The position numbers and the translations under genes are program-made. DNA of 64,000 bases from Octopus vulgaris (taxonomy: Eukaryota), in assembly GCA_951406725.2 (NCBI GenBank), contig OX597829.1, positions 51,398,001 to 51,462,000 of the forward strand, given 5' to 3'. Below, in pieces: positions 1 through 12,983 of the stretch (position 1 is the first letter of the stretch; each line of letters begins with the position of its first letter). Below the pieces are notes generated by a model, which was not told the DNA's origin, made no database searches, and saw only the letters and a program-made list of their open reading frames with translations.

Positions 1-169
1 CTTTCTTCAATGTGCACTCTGTTGTCAATAGAGTACGACAAAACTTGAGGAATTATTTGTAAGTAAGCCCTTTTTGCATCAGCATTTCCAGATCGAAGTA
101 ATGGTAAATGAGAGAGAAGTTGCTTCACAGCCGTTTCTTTTGATTCAGAACATAACTGGCTGATGTAAT
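1..169 (-). CDS. SAMD4: Smaug/SAMD4 second coding exon (continues beyond the window start)
   Basis: Acceptor ttttttctgtttttcAG at 171-170. The phase-1 join gives (D)YISQLCSESKETAVKQLLSHLPLLRSGNADAKRAYLQIIPQVLSYSIDNRVHIEE, colinear with SAMD4 [55 protein letters not shown]. Not listed in the ORF track. Confidence 0.93.
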
Positions 170-926
170 CTGAAAAACAGAAAAAACAAAATGGTAAAGA
201 ACAAGTTACTGATGAGTGGGCTACATGAAGATTAAAATGGAGTTATTGATAGAACAGACAGGCCAAAAGGGGGCCCATAGAAGAATATCTCAAAAGTTAA
301 GAATATCTTAATGACAGCTAGAGAAATAAGGATCAAGATGGCCACAATGAGGTTTCTGGTGACACCCTTAACTGTTTTCTTCCATCCGTACTTCAACCCT
401 TTTGATACCAACTGTCCTTGGTTTTTAGATACAGACTTCATGTTTTTCAAGTGATACATGCTAAAATCTTCCTGAAATTTCATGTTAATTCATCTCTCAA
501 ATACCAGCTTAATAACAACAAAGTTGTTTTACTAAATTGTGTATTATTATGAAAGTTTATAACATCAATGGCAATGTATTTCAACAGAAATATGGTAAAA
601 AGGATTAATTCTTAATATCTCACAGTTCTTCTTTTCAAACACTCAACCATACACTCCTAAGCCTATTACATGATCTCCTATCCTTCTGGACTAAAAATCT
701 GTACTAAGAAAAGCTTAATTCAATCACCCAATTTGATAGCTTTGGAATTCACCCTAACTGCAATCCTTTACAACCCATTCTCCATTTACTATTCAGATTT
801 TCTCCCTATAGGCATTGACCTGAAGAAGTTCAAACAAAGAACCAATAGCATCAACTAGGAGCTCTTTGGGGGTCATTTGGTCTGCTAGAACTAGCAGCCA
901 AATCTGCCTTCAATCACACCCTAATG

Positions 927-1128
927 CAGTGCTTTTCAAACTTTTTGCTGGAGCGGAACCCCCAAGGAAACATTCTACTGGCTCGAGGAACCCCTGTGCA
1001 ATAATTTAATAGTCTTATGCACACATATCTGCACAGGAGAATTAAAAATTACTGCCGATTTTAGCAGTTTTGTAACTTCTTGCGGAACCCCTGCACTGTA
1101 TTGGCAGAACCCTGGTTGAAAACCACTG
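927..1128 (+). mobile_element. hAT (Charlie-like) MITE
   Basis: TIRs CAGTG(C/G)TTTTCAA; near-perfect 8-bp TSD CCCTAATG/CTCTAATG; second copy at 17989. Confidence 0.85.
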
Positions 1129-1792
1129 CTCTAATGACTAAAAAAACCTCATTATTCATTGCGAATTCCTTGCCAGGAAAACCCTTGTTCTTCATGTGTC
1201 TGCTTGATCAGGGTTGATCTGAGGCTAAACAACACCCACCTCACCAGTCTGAGAAGGCAAGCAGAAGTTAAGACCAGTGTTTCCCCTCCTCCTGGGGCTA
1301 AACGTAGTTGAAAACAAAATGCAAATTATGAATATTTAACAGAATGGCGCTAACTGTAATATCTCATCTCAAAGAATCGGCTCAAAGAAAAACTTGTGTG
1401 CTAATAAACTCAGAGCTTGCACAGTGTTGCTGGCCTATTTTTAATTAGGATTGTTTTGAGTTCATTTAACTTCCTCAATGAAGAGCACCCCCTCCCCCAG
1501 ACATTCTGAAAGCCTAAAAAAAAAAAAAAAAAAAAAGGCTTGTTCTAATATAGAAATGATTTGTATATACATTATGTTACACACAATTATTTAAATCTAA
1601 AGCTGTTTCAATGCATATATATTGATTTAATTCTAGCTTGACCGGCTTTTGCACAAATTAGCAAACATTTAGTTTACTAATTTCTATATCAGTACAAATA
1701 TTTTTTTTGCTCAACTCAGAATGTTCCGGGTCTTTATCTCTGAGGGGACCAAATGAGATTGAAACACCAACAACATTCTGAGCAAGCTGAAA

Positions 1793-2190
1793 CTCTTTTA
1801 CTCTCTTTTACTTGTTTCAGTCATTTGACTGCGGCCATGCTGGAGCACCGCTTTTTAATCGAGCAACTCGATCTCGGGACTTATTCTTTTTGTAAGCCCA
1901 GTACTTATTCTATCGGTCTCTTTTTGCTGAACCGCTAAGTAACGGGAACATAAACACACCAGCATTGGTTGTCAAGCAATGCTAGGGGGACAAACACAGA
2001 CACACAAACACACATACATATATACGACAGGCTTCTTTCAGTTTCTGTCTACCAAATCCACTCACAAGGCATTGGTCGGCCCGGGGCTATAGCAGAAGGC
2101 ACTTGCCCAAGATGCCACGCAGTGGGACTGAACCCGGAACCATGCGGTTGGATAGCAAGCTACTTACCACACAGCCACTCCTGCGCCTAT
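1793..2190 (-). mobile_element. tRNA-derived SINE family A (~400 bp, internal (TA)n(TG)n, (AGTAAAAG)n tail)
   Basis: Pol III A box GTGGCTGTGTGGTA and a B box GGGTTCAGTCCC; about 20 homologous copies in the window. Confidence 0.9.
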
Positions 2191-2369
2191 TTGTATGTAT
2201 GTTACATTATATGTAATGTATATACAAATATTTGCTGATGAAAACTAGTCTGAAACTTGTAAAGTACTCTCACTTCTCTTAAAGAAATATAATAAATAGA
2301 TGCTCAATAAAGAGTACTGAGCAATCCTTCAGTTTAATGGAAATTGTTTTTATCAAAACTCAATATATG

Positions 2370-2566
2370 TTTCTTTACTACCCACAAGGGGCTAAACATA
2401 GAGGGGACAAACAAGGACAGACAAAGGGATTAATTCGATTACATCGACCCCAGTGCGAAACTGGTACTTTATTTATCGACCCCGAAAGGATGAAAGGCAA
2501 AGTCAACCTCGGCGGAATTTGAACTCAGAACGTAACGACAGACGAAATACCGCTAACGATTCCGCC
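2370..2566 (-). mobile_element. tRNA-derived SINE family B (~240 bp)
   Basis: B box GAGTTCAAATTCC; central GCCTTTCATCCTTTCGGGGTCGATAAA..AAGTACCAG motif; many copies. Confidence 0.85.
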
Positions 2567-2839
2567 AAACATCAATACATATTCATACACACTGGTCCTC
2601 TTCTGCTACAGAAATCAATTATGCTAATGGTTTTATCAGCTAATTGTTTCCTTTCAATCATAAGAATACACTGATGCCAATACTACATCTCAATTATCTC
2701 GACCTGCAAGTGTTACCATTATGATTCAATTTTCTAGTTCGCTATGGTATGTGGTTTACACCTGAAGAATATGTTTCGGTTCTCTCAAAATATGTAACTA
2801 TTAGTAGTGCTTTAATACATGTATTGTGACTGTGGCATG

Positions 2840-3183
2840 TAGGCGTGGGAGTGGCCGTGTGGTAAGTAGCTTCTACTATAGCCTCGGGCTGACCAAAGCC
2901 TTGTGAGTGGATTTGGTAGACGGAAACTGAAAGAAGTCCGTCGTATATATGTTTATGTATATATGTGTGTGCGTGTATATGTTTGTGTGTCTGTGTTTGT
3001 CCCCCCAACATCACTTGACAACCGATGCTGGTGTGTTTACGTCCCTGTAACTTAGTGATTCGGCAAAAGAGACCGATAGAATAAGTACTAGGCTTACAAA
3101 GAATAAGTCCTGAGGTTGATTTGCTCAACTAAAGGTGCTCCAGCATGGCCATAGTCAAATGACTGAAACATGTAAAAGGTAAA

Positions 3184-3186
<3 letters not shown>
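2840..3186 (+). mobile_element. SINE family A copy with an internal deletion of the B-box region
   Basis: gtagctt is joined directly to ctactatagcc; the rest is colinear with family A. Confidence 0.85.
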
Positions 3187-3225
<39 letters not shown>

Positions 3226-3749
3226 TTAGCCATAGAGGTCAAAGACTTGGAGCAAAGCAGTGAGTTGAACTCTCCTTTGTTTACATTAAGACTGGTCAGC
3301 CTGCTCTTTCAAAAACCTATGGAATGAAGAAATTCCTTTACTTGAAAAACAGGTAAGGTTCGGCAACAGGAAGGGCATCAAGCCCTAAAATCCTGCCTCG
3401 AGTAACTTGAGCCCACACCCACACTAGCATGGGGGGAAAAAAAAGCAAAAAAGAATAGCCCCTTAGCGTTCAGATTATTCTGTCAAATGTAATGCTTATT
3501 TATTCACATTGTTTAAAAGAATTGGTGAAGCTTCATATCAAAGATTCAAGAATTCAATGATCTGATTTGTTTACTTTTAGAATGTGAAATGCAGGTTAGA
3601 TCATCATCATCATCATCATCATACAAAGCTCATTTTCCATGTTGGCATGGGTTGGACAGTTTGACAAGAGTTGGCAAACCAGAAGACTGCACCAGGCTTC
3701 AATGTCTGTTTTGGCATGGTTTCTACAGCTGGAAGCCCTTCTATATACC

Positions 3750-3974
3750 TATTTCTTTATTACCCACAAGGGGCTAAACACAGAGGGGACAAACAAGGAC
3801 AGACATAGGTATTAAGTCGATTACATCGACCCCAGTGCATAACTGGTACTTAATTTATCGACCCCGAAAGGATGAAAGGCAAAGTCGACCACGGCGGAAT
3901 TTGAACTCACAACGTAACGACAGACGAAATATGGCTATGCATTACGCCCGGCATGCTAACGATTCTGCCAGCTC
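3750..3974 (-). mobile_element. SINE family B inserted into an RTE 3' end
   Basis: TSD GCCCTTCTATATACC at 3735-3749 and 3975-3989. Confidence 0.9.
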
Positions 3975-4687
3975 GCCCTTCTATATACCAACTACTATAC
4001 AGTGTGGACTGGATGCTTTTTTTTCCCCCCCTACATGGCACCAGCACTGGCAGGGTCACCAAGTAACTTGCAAGACAAAGATGCAATAGGTTAAATCCGG
4101 ACAATTTCAACCTAAAACAGGAAGAATATTTGAGCTGGGTATGGCCACTTTAAATGCTAAATGCTTAAACAAATGAACAAACAGAACTAGATAAACAATG
4201 GCAGGCTGCCTTTTTATCAATACGATTTCAAGGAGTGGTAACTATTTCCATGTTCAGTCAGAAAATGTGTAAAATTTTGAGGTTTTAGAACTCACAAAAG
4301 AAAAGTGCTAAAACAGACCCCACCCTTTTTTTTTTTTTTTTTTAATACAAGCCACCTTCTTTTTAATTAATTTAATTTCTAGAGAAAAACATTTAAAACA
4401 TCAATTTGATTTTTTTTTTTTATGGGTACTGATTAAACTGCAGTTCATTTTAATTTTAATAAGCAATTTTAAAATCTTTCTTTTATCTTTTACTTGTTTC
4501 ATCCATTAGACTGTGCCCATGCTGGGGTACCATCTGGAAGAATTTTTAATTGAACGACTCAAACCCAGTACCTTTTATTTTTTAAAAATACCTGGTACCT
4601 ATTCTATTGGTCTCTTTTGCCAAACCACTAAGTCATAGGGAAGTAAACAACAATTGTCTAGCAGTGGTGGGGGACACACACACACAC

Positions 4688-4719
<32 letters not shown>

Positions 4720-4822
4720 ATTAATCAATATAGGGTGGCAAAAAAATTTTGTATTATTCTTTTGCCACCAGCGGCCTAGTGGGAAAAAATTTAAATAGTC
4801 ATAAACCATTTTTAAGTTCAAC

Positions 4823-5077
4823 ATCACAATCAAGGAACGGCCATAATAGGCCATTCACCCACTAGAAATAACAGCCAAAAGCTTCAACCGCAAAATAACA
4901 TCAATTCCGTAAACCAGGAGAAAATTTTAAAAAATTTTTTTTAAATTAAAAAAATTTACAGGGTAAATGTTTTTTAATTTTCTCCTGGTTTACGGAATTG
5001 ATGTTATTTTGCGGTTGAAGCTTTTGGCTGTTATTTCTAGTGGGTGAATGGCCTATTATGGCCGTTCCTTGATTGTG

Positions 5078-5079
<2 letters not shown>
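4823..5079. repeat. Inverted repeat with 104-bp arms and a 49-bp spacer
   Basis: 4823-4926 is the reverse complement of 4976-5079. Confidence 0.95.
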
Positions 5080-5112
<33 letters not shown>

Positions 5113-6437
5113 TACATGACAGACTTCTTTCATTTTCTGACTACCAAGTTTATAATTCTATTTACATGACAGACTTCTTTCATGACAGACTTCTTTCATT
5201 TTCTGACTACCAAGTTTATATTTCTATTTATTCTCCAAGGAGAATTCTTGCTAAATGCTTCTTATAAGAGAATATTTCTTTGTGGCAGTTTCATGTGTCA
5301 ATGCATACATACATTCTTGTCTTTCATAAAATCTGTTGTCATTATTAAAACTGCATTCAAACACAAATTTGGGAGGCTAAAATACAAATAATCTCAACTT
5401 GTTTGTTTAACTCTGAGTCAGCTATGACTAAGCAACATTTTATGACCAAAAGAGCATTCTAGCTTTCTTTGATCAACTCTTTTTTCATTGGCACTGAGCT
5501 TCTAGAAAATGTACTCAAATGAACCAATGGCATTATAAGTACGATTGTACTAAAAGCAGTAACGAAACAAAATTCAATACTATGTAGCACCTTGGGCAAG
5601 TGTCTTCTACTGTAGCCCCAGGCTGACGAAAGTCTTGTGAGTGGGTTTAGTAGATGGAAACTGAAAGAAGCCTGTTATAGATGTATATCTGCGTGTGTGT
5701 ATGTGTGTGTGTCTGTGCTTGTCCCCCTCGCCCACCATCACTTGTCAACCAGTGTATGGTGTGTTTATGTCCCCTTAACTTAGTGGTTCGACAAAAGAGA
5801 CCAATATAATACTAGGCCTAAAAAAAAAAGTTCTGGAGTTGACTTGTTTGACTAAGACTCTTCAGAGGGATGCTCCAGCATGGCTGCAATCAAATGACTG
5901 AAACAAGTAAAAGAATAGAGGGGGGGGGGGCTTAACAGCAATTTTTAGCAAATTTCAAAGAGAAGGGGAGATAATTTTATAAATTAAATTTCTCAAAATT
6001 AATTTTCATGCTTAGAGTAAAAAACTTTGATCTTTGCAGACAAGGGACAAATGTGATAGTGTAACCTTATCAAGCTTGTTTAGCTTAGTTGACAAAGAAT
6101 TTTTTTAGACATAGAAGGAGCATTACAAAGAATTTTTTTGAGTAGCATAATTTGCAAGACTAAAAGAAAGAAAAAAAAAAGAAACTCAAACAGGCCAATG
6201 ACAAAGTTAAGGGGCACTAGGATTGTTTCCATATTTATTCTTGATATATTTATCAGAGTAAGCACATAAATGCAAAACAAAGTGGGAAAAAAATAGTACT
6301 CAAATAACAGAGGTAGAGTAATATGCTTTATTAAAAAACAGAAAAAATATCACAAAAACTGTTACTCAGAGTTTCACGTTCCCATTCGTCAAAACTGTCT
6401 GACAAATGTGAAACTGAGTAACACTTCTTAATAGATA

Positions 6438-6835
6438 TCTTTATATATAAAAGTGAGGTTGTGTGCTGTCTGTCTCCTATGATTTAGATTCCTAACTACT
6501 CCCACATTTTGCGGTGCAGTGTAACCAAAAGCGGGTATCTTATAGTCGTGGTTCATATCGAGTCCTTCTGGGTATTAGCGCGCGTCTACGATGAGTCTAC
6601 GATTTAAAAACAAATTTACCATCATTTTTTTCCATTTTAATGCATTTTTGGCATATATAAGGGAAGTAACTCTCTAAAAATTTATTATTAAATCTCAGAA
6701 CGTAAAAAGCTACAGTAACACCCCCCCCCATTTGTGGTTAGCCATATTGAGATGGCTATTATACTTTACATCTCTAAAAATGCTTATATAGTTATTTCCC
6801 TTACAAACCCGAGCAACGCCAGGCAATACTGCTAG
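6438..6835 (+). mobile_element. Non-autonomous Helitron
   Basis: 5' A|TC, subterminal hairpin CCCGAGCAACGCCAGG (6808-6823), 3' CTAG|T, no TSD. Confidence 0.85.
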
Positions 6836-6843
6836 TATATATA

Positions 6844-7564
6844 TAAAAGGCCACCCCACACGTGCTCTATCTCATTCACCTAGCAGCTATATCCTGAGTA
6901 CAGATAAGTTGAAAACTTATTTTCACTTCTCGACCAATCATACTACACTCAAAACATGTTTTTATCTATCTATCTATTTTATCTACTTACTAATTTAATA
7001 ATACGCTTAAGCATTCCCTAAGTCCTCTCTAATTTCTCCATTTCTCCACCGTCCCTTTATTAATTTTGCCCGTCCAAGTCCTCGCTCCCTCGTCTATCAA
7101 CCTTCGCGTATTCCTTTATTAATTTTGCCCGTCCAAGTCCTCGCTCCCTCATCTATCAACCTTCGCGTATTCCTTTATTAATTTTGCCCGTCCAAGTCCT
7201 CGCTCTCTCGTCTATCAACCTTCGCCATCTTGAAGTCTGTTTCTTTAGTACACTTCCGCCTTGTCCAAAAATTCCCCTTCCGGTCAACTTATACTTAAAA
7301 GGCCACCCCACACGTGCTCCATCTCATTCACCTAGCAGCTATATCCTGAGTACAGATAAGTTGAAAACTTATTTTCACTTCTCGACCAATCATACTACAC
7401 TCAAAACATGTTTTTATCTATCTATCTATTTTATCTACTTACTAATTTACTAATACGCTTAAGCATTCCCCAAGTCCTCTCTAATTTCTCCATTTCTCCA
7501 CCGTCCCTTTATTAATTTTGCCCGTCCAAGTCCTCGCTCTCTCGTCTATCAACCTTCGCGTATT
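6844..7564. repeat. 452-bp-period tandem duplication with 59-bp subrepeats
   Basis: Unit starts at 6844 and 7296; subrepeat cctttattaattttgcccgtccaagtcctcgc at 7054, 7113 and 7172. Confidence 0.9.
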
Positions 7565-7814
7565 CGCGGTGCACCCGCCCTGCCCACCTCCACCACCAAT
7601 ACCGGATATCTCTATATTTTTGCTCCATCTATACCGGATGTCGCTTCTCCCACCACCATTATAGGTGTCTACTCTTCGAACCCCCCTCTTCAATACGCTA
7701 TTTCACCATGCATTACCCCTCTCGTGAAATCCTACATTCTACTTGTCTAGAACCTGTCATCGTTTCTCTGAACACCCCTCCCCACTGGTGCTCCCCTATA
7801 TTTCTGCACCCCCC

Positions 7815-8138
7815 CCAACACATAAAAAGCACCATCCGAACGTGGCCGATGCCAGCGCCGCCCCGACTGGCTTCTGTGCAGGTGGCACATAAAAAGCACC
7901 AACCGACCGTGGCTGATGCCAGACCCCTCTGGCACCTGTGCAGGTGGCACGTAAAAAGCACCCACTACACTCGCGGAGTGGTTGGCATTAGGAAGGGCAT
8001 CCAGCTGTAGAAACACTGCCAGACCAGACTGGAGCCTGGGGCAGCCCCTGGCTCCCCAGACCCCGGTCGAAACCGTCCAACCCATGCTAGCGCGGAAAAC
8101 GGAAGTTAAACTATGATGATGATGATGATGATGATGAT
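7815..8138 (+). mobile_element. 5'-truncated RTE 3'UTR (family C) with a (GAT)n tail
   Basis: ggcacgtaaaaagcacccactacactc..ggcattaggaagggcatccagctgtagaaac..(GAT)n. Other copies at 9480-9915, 11550-11718, 17175-17428, 19884-20125, 22110-22393, 31390-31540, 40810-41189, 45640-45907, 50632-50776 and 61033-61252. Confidence 0.85.
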
Positions 8139-10285
8139 AGGCAGATTCAGAGTCAAATATGCTGCTTGCTGTTGTGTACATCACAAGAGAACAACTCTTC
8201 TCTTTTATGATGACAATGTGCTCATAACATACTAGGCTCTGGGAAACCAGTGTTTCAACATGTGTCTCATCAGCCAGAAGTAGCAGGAGCTCTGATCCAG
8301 GACAAAGTTACTGGCTTTGTTTAGACTTTCAGCAAACAAATTGTTTGCTGAGTGACGCTCATTATCTGGCAACCAATAAAAAATATTTATTTGCACTATG
8401 TACAGCAAGATCTGGAACAATTATCCACATCATCATCATCGTTTAGCGTCCGTTTTCCATGCTAGCATGGGTTGGACGGATGTTTATTCTTAACATGTCC
8501 AGCAGATTCAAACACAAAATATGCTGGTCACTGTAGTATGGGTCACAGGAGAATAACCCCTCTCATTTTTATGACAATAGTAAGTTCCGCACACTTGGCT
8601 CATTCAGGCACAACATTCTGAGATACTAGTGTTTTGGCATGGGGTTAGTCAGCCAGAAGCAGCACCCTTACTTTTGAGCCTAAACAAGACCCTGGCTTTA
8701 TTTATAAATTCAGTAAACAAGCTGTTTACTAATCAGTGCTTATATCTGCTAAAAAAAAAGAAGAAAAAAAATCATCTTTACAGTGAGGTCTGAAAATGAT
8801 GATTAGCGTATTTGCATTCAATTTGCATATTTTACATAATCTGCCTGGACATATTAAGAATAAATAAGCAGGCAATCATTTCAGATTTTACTGTACATGG
8901 TGAAATTTTTTTTTTTTAAATATTGAATGTCATTCACAAGAAATTCTAAATCAAAATTCACTAAAAGAGAATCTAAAATGACATTTTCCAATATGTCCTT
9001 TTAACCCTTGCTAGCACTGACAACGGACATTAGATGATGAGGTAATTTGAGGGCAATTTGGTTACCATATTAGCAAGTCAAATGACCACAAAAAAGCCTT
9101 TCTAGTTGATTCAATGACTCCAGAATTGCTTAGAATCATACATAAAACTTGAAATATAACCATCTTACAGTATGGATAGTAAGATGCACTGGAAATTAAA
9201 TAATTTAGGGGACATTAATAATCATTTAAAAAAAAATTTTTTTTACAGTTGTTGGACTGAAGCTAAGCTGGGACTAGTGTCTTGAACTCCGGTACTAATT
9301 TCAAGTCTGCTACTTATTCTATCATTCTCTCTGGCCAAACTGCTAAGTTATGGAGAAGTAAACACCAATACTGATTGTCAAGCAGTGGTGGAGGAACAAA
9401 CAGATACAAAGACACCTACACATTTATATATATATCATCATCATCATCATCGTTTAACGTCCGCTTTATATATATATAAATCAAACCAAATCAAAATCAA
9501 TGAACATCAATGGAATTTGTATCTTTGTGGTACCAGTGCCGGTGGCACGTAAAAAACCATCCGAACGTGGACGTAGCCAGTACCGCATCGACTGGCCTCC
9601 GTGCTGTGGGCACGTAACAAACACCATCCGATCGTGGCCGTTCACCAGCCTCGTCTGGCACCTGTGTCCGTGGCACATAAAAAACACCATCCGAGCGTGG
9701 CCGTTTGCCAGCCTCGTCTGGCACCTGTGTCGGTGGCACATAAAAAGCACCCACTACACTCACGGAGTGGTTGGTGTTAGGAAGGGCATCCAGCTGTAGA
9801 AACACTGCCAGATCTGACTGGCCTGATGCAGCCTTCGGGCTTCCCAGACTCCAGTTGAACCGTCCAACCCATGCTAGCATGGAAAGCGGACGTTAAACGA
9901 TGATGATGATGATGATATATATATGTATGTATAGGCTTCCATACAGCTTCGGTCTACCTAATTGACTCACAAGGCATTGATTGGCCCTGGGCTATGGTAA
10001 AATATTCTTACCCAAGATGCTTTGTAGCAGGGCTGAACCAGAAACCATGAGGTTGCAAGATGAGCTTCTCAACCAAAACACCATACCTGTACCTATTTGC
10101 CTATTCCATCCCCCCCCCATCACCACCACCACCAATGCTGAAAAACATTGAACAGGTGTTGCCACCTGGCAGGCATCTAGCCTTCTTCTCCACTTCCATC
10201 TTTTTTAGGCTTTAAACCCTTTTTGTTGTATTTCTATAGTTTGTTTCGGTTAATTTTCGAAAATAAATTTAAGAACTATTATTAA

Positions 10286-10640
10286 GACGCAGGAGTGGCT
10301 GTGTGGTAAGTAGCTTGCTTACCAACCACACATCGTTCCAGGTTCAGTCCCACTGCATGGCACCTTGGGCAAGTGTCTTCTACTGTAGTCTCGGGCTGAC
10401 TAATACCTTGTGAGTGGTTTTGGTAGACAGAAACTGAAAGAAGTCCGTCATATATGTGTGTGTTTGCGTGTGTCTGTTTATCTCCCTACCATTACTTGAC
10501 AACCGATGTTGGTGTGTTTACATCCCCATAACTTAGCGGTTCGGCAAAAGTGACTGCTAGAATAAGTACCAGGCTTACAAAGAATAAGTCCTGGGGTTGA
10601 TGGTGCTCCAGCATGGCCTCGGTCAAATGACTGAAACATA
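10286..10640 (+). mobile_element. SINE family A
   Basis: Colinear with the other family A copies; inserted within a TTAA-type MITE. Confidence 0.85.
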
Positions 10641-10659
10641 TTTAAAAAAAAAAAAAAAA

Positions 10660-10875
10660 GGCAGTGATCTGGCAGAATTATTAGCATTCTGGGTGAAATG
10701 CTAAGCAGTATTTCATCCGTTTTTACATTCTAAGTTCAAATTTCGCCATGATCAATTTTGCCTTTTATCCTTTCAGGGTCGATAAATCAAGTACCAGTTG
10801 AGTACTGGGGTCGATGTAATCGACTATCCCCCTCCCCCAAATTTCAGGCCTTGTGTGTATAGTAGAAAGGATTAT
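10660..10875 (+). mobile_element. SINE family B, alternative-tail subfamily
   Basis: Same head and central motif, but tail ccctcccccaaatttcaggccttgtg. Similar copies at 15895-16088, 20430-20646, 41196-41390, 46310-46500 and 58316-58470. Confidence 0.75.
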
Positions 10876-11164
10876 TAAACTGGTGTTAGAAACATAAATT
10901 AACAAGACATTTTCTATAGGTTTAAATTTAGATCACTTTCGAAGAGATTTTATGTCAGATCCAAGGGTGGTCTTAGTCAGGTTTGTATCAAGAGGGTTAA
11001 TTCCTTTACAAGTTACTCTCCAACATCATTACAATATAGCACCAATACACGCACACCCACTCTCAAATTAAGCCACATGTTCACACCATGCACAGTCATT
11101 TCTCCTGCATACATCAGCTGTTTTTCATTAATTTGTACTTTGTGTATCTTCTAATTAACTTTAA

Positions 11165-11385
11165 CCCTTTAGCATTTAAACCGGCCATATCCGGCCAAAA
11201 GTATTCTGCCTGTATAATGTTCAAACTGGCCAGATCTGGTCTCTCACACCAACCTTACAATATCATCTTAAAAATGAACAGCTACCTCATCAAAATCTCC
11301 TAGCTACAAGATGATGCCTGATTAGTTCAAGGCAACGTGGATAAAAAAGGATTAATTTGGGCAGAATAATACGAACACTAAAGGG
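11165..11385. mobile_element. piggyBac-type MITE family P1 (TTAA|CCCTTTAG...CTAAAGGG|TTAA)
   Basis: TTAA TSD and CCC/GGG termini. Related copies at 13620-14050 (tandem pair), 43141-43342, 44841 and 59031-59478 (tandem pair). Confidence 0.8.
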
Positions 11386-12559
11386 TTAAATGTCCAATGA
11401 ATTGTACTTGCACCGATTTCTTGTTAGGCACTGCACCATTTCTGCATTTAGTTGCACGTGTCCCCATACCGTGCAACATCACCAGCTCTATCAACATTAA
11501 ACTACAATTCTACATAAAAATACTGAATGGCCTTTTAATTTCTAAATATACTCCCACTACACTCACAAAGTGGTTGGCATTAGGAAGGACATCCAGCCGT
11601 AGAAACATTGCCAAATCAGACTGGAGCCTGGTGCAGCCTTCTGGCTTCCCAGACCCCAGTTGAACCATCCAACCCATGCTAGTATGGAAAGTGGACGCTA
11701 AACGATGATGATGATGATAGGTTGTCAAATAATTCATTATTCAAATTAATTCATTCATTTTATCCAATTTCAATGCTGAAGATGGGACTCATGATCTGTA
11801 CCAATCTTTGGGTTTTTTTCTTTATTTAAATAATGGTTTTGAAGTACAATTTTCTAGGATATCATATCTCTCCCTCAAACAACTAAATCAAAATGTCTAG
11901 TTTTAATCTAAGTTATCCCTTTCATATTCCAACAAAACAGCTGAATATCTTTTCATATTTTCATAGCATTTATAGTTCTTTCTTTACTACCAGAAAAAAA
12001 AAAAACACACACACACAATCATATGGTCTGATTGCAAAAAACGAAAAACAAAAGTTTTTCAGATATCTATCTATAGCCACTGTGTTTATCAGCGCCCTAT
12101 CTAAGTCACCTGAATAACAAAGTATCTATTTGCTCATAAGAACTACCACAACAGACTTTAGAGCTGGTTGTGCTAAATTCTACAGTTACCTAAGCCATCT
12201 GTTGCCAAATTTCTCACGTTTCTCTCTTCTCTCAGCCTCACTTAGTACAATATATATTTCACCAATACTGATTTTCAAGGCAAAACACTGGACCAATAGA
12301 ATAATAAATTCATTTTTAAAAAATTAATACTTTAAGCAATCAATGACAGTTTTCAAAGAACCCTGTATATTATTTTTGAAACAACATTTTGTAATTAGAA
12401 TATAATACTTGTCCCAATGGGATTTTTTTTTTTTTTTGTTGCTAAAAGCATTAAGTAATGCATTAAGTAGAAGAGTGGTTAAGACTGTTGCTGTCTTTAG
12501 TTTACAAATAAACTTTACTAATCTGAATTTAGATTGGTTAACAAATGTTAATACATATA

Positions 12560-12735
12560 GGCGCAGGAGTGGCTGTGTGGTAAGTAGCTTGCTAACCAAC
12601 CACATGGTTCCGGGCTCAGTCCCACTGCATGACATCTTGGGCAAGTGTCTTCTGCTATAGCCCCGGGCCGACCAATGCCTTGTGAGTGGATTTGGTAGAC
12701 GGAAACTGAAAGAAGCCTGTCGTATATATGTATGT

Positions 12736-12773
<38 letters not shown>

Positions 12774-12983
12774 TTGTGTGTCTGTGTTTGTCCCCCTAGC
12801 ATTGCTTGACAACCGATGCTGGTGTGTTTACGTCCCCGTCACTTAGCGGTTTGGCAAAAGAGACCGATAGAATAAGTACTGGGCTTACAAAGAATAAGTC
12901 CCGGGTCGAGTTGCTCGACTAAAGGCAGTGCTCCAGCATGGCCGCAGTTAAATGACTGAAACAAGTAAAAGAGTAAAGAGAGA
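12560..12983 (+). mobile_element. SINE family A, full length, young
   Basis: GGCGCAGGAGTGGCTGTGTGG head through the aacaagtaaaagag tail. Confidence 0.9.

Noticed and set aside
1969-2238. Recurrent MSSNARGTN..., YRPRKDERQS... and FLQLDALP... ORFs
   Set aside because: Conceptual translations of SINE A, SINE B and the RTE 3'UTR.
2755-2800. CTGAAGA...AAAATATGTA as a hammerhead
   Set aside because: GAAA and stem II are too degenerate to support the call.
6890-6925. CTGAGTA...GAAA as a hammerhead
   Set aside because: G8 is missing and there are no convincing stems.
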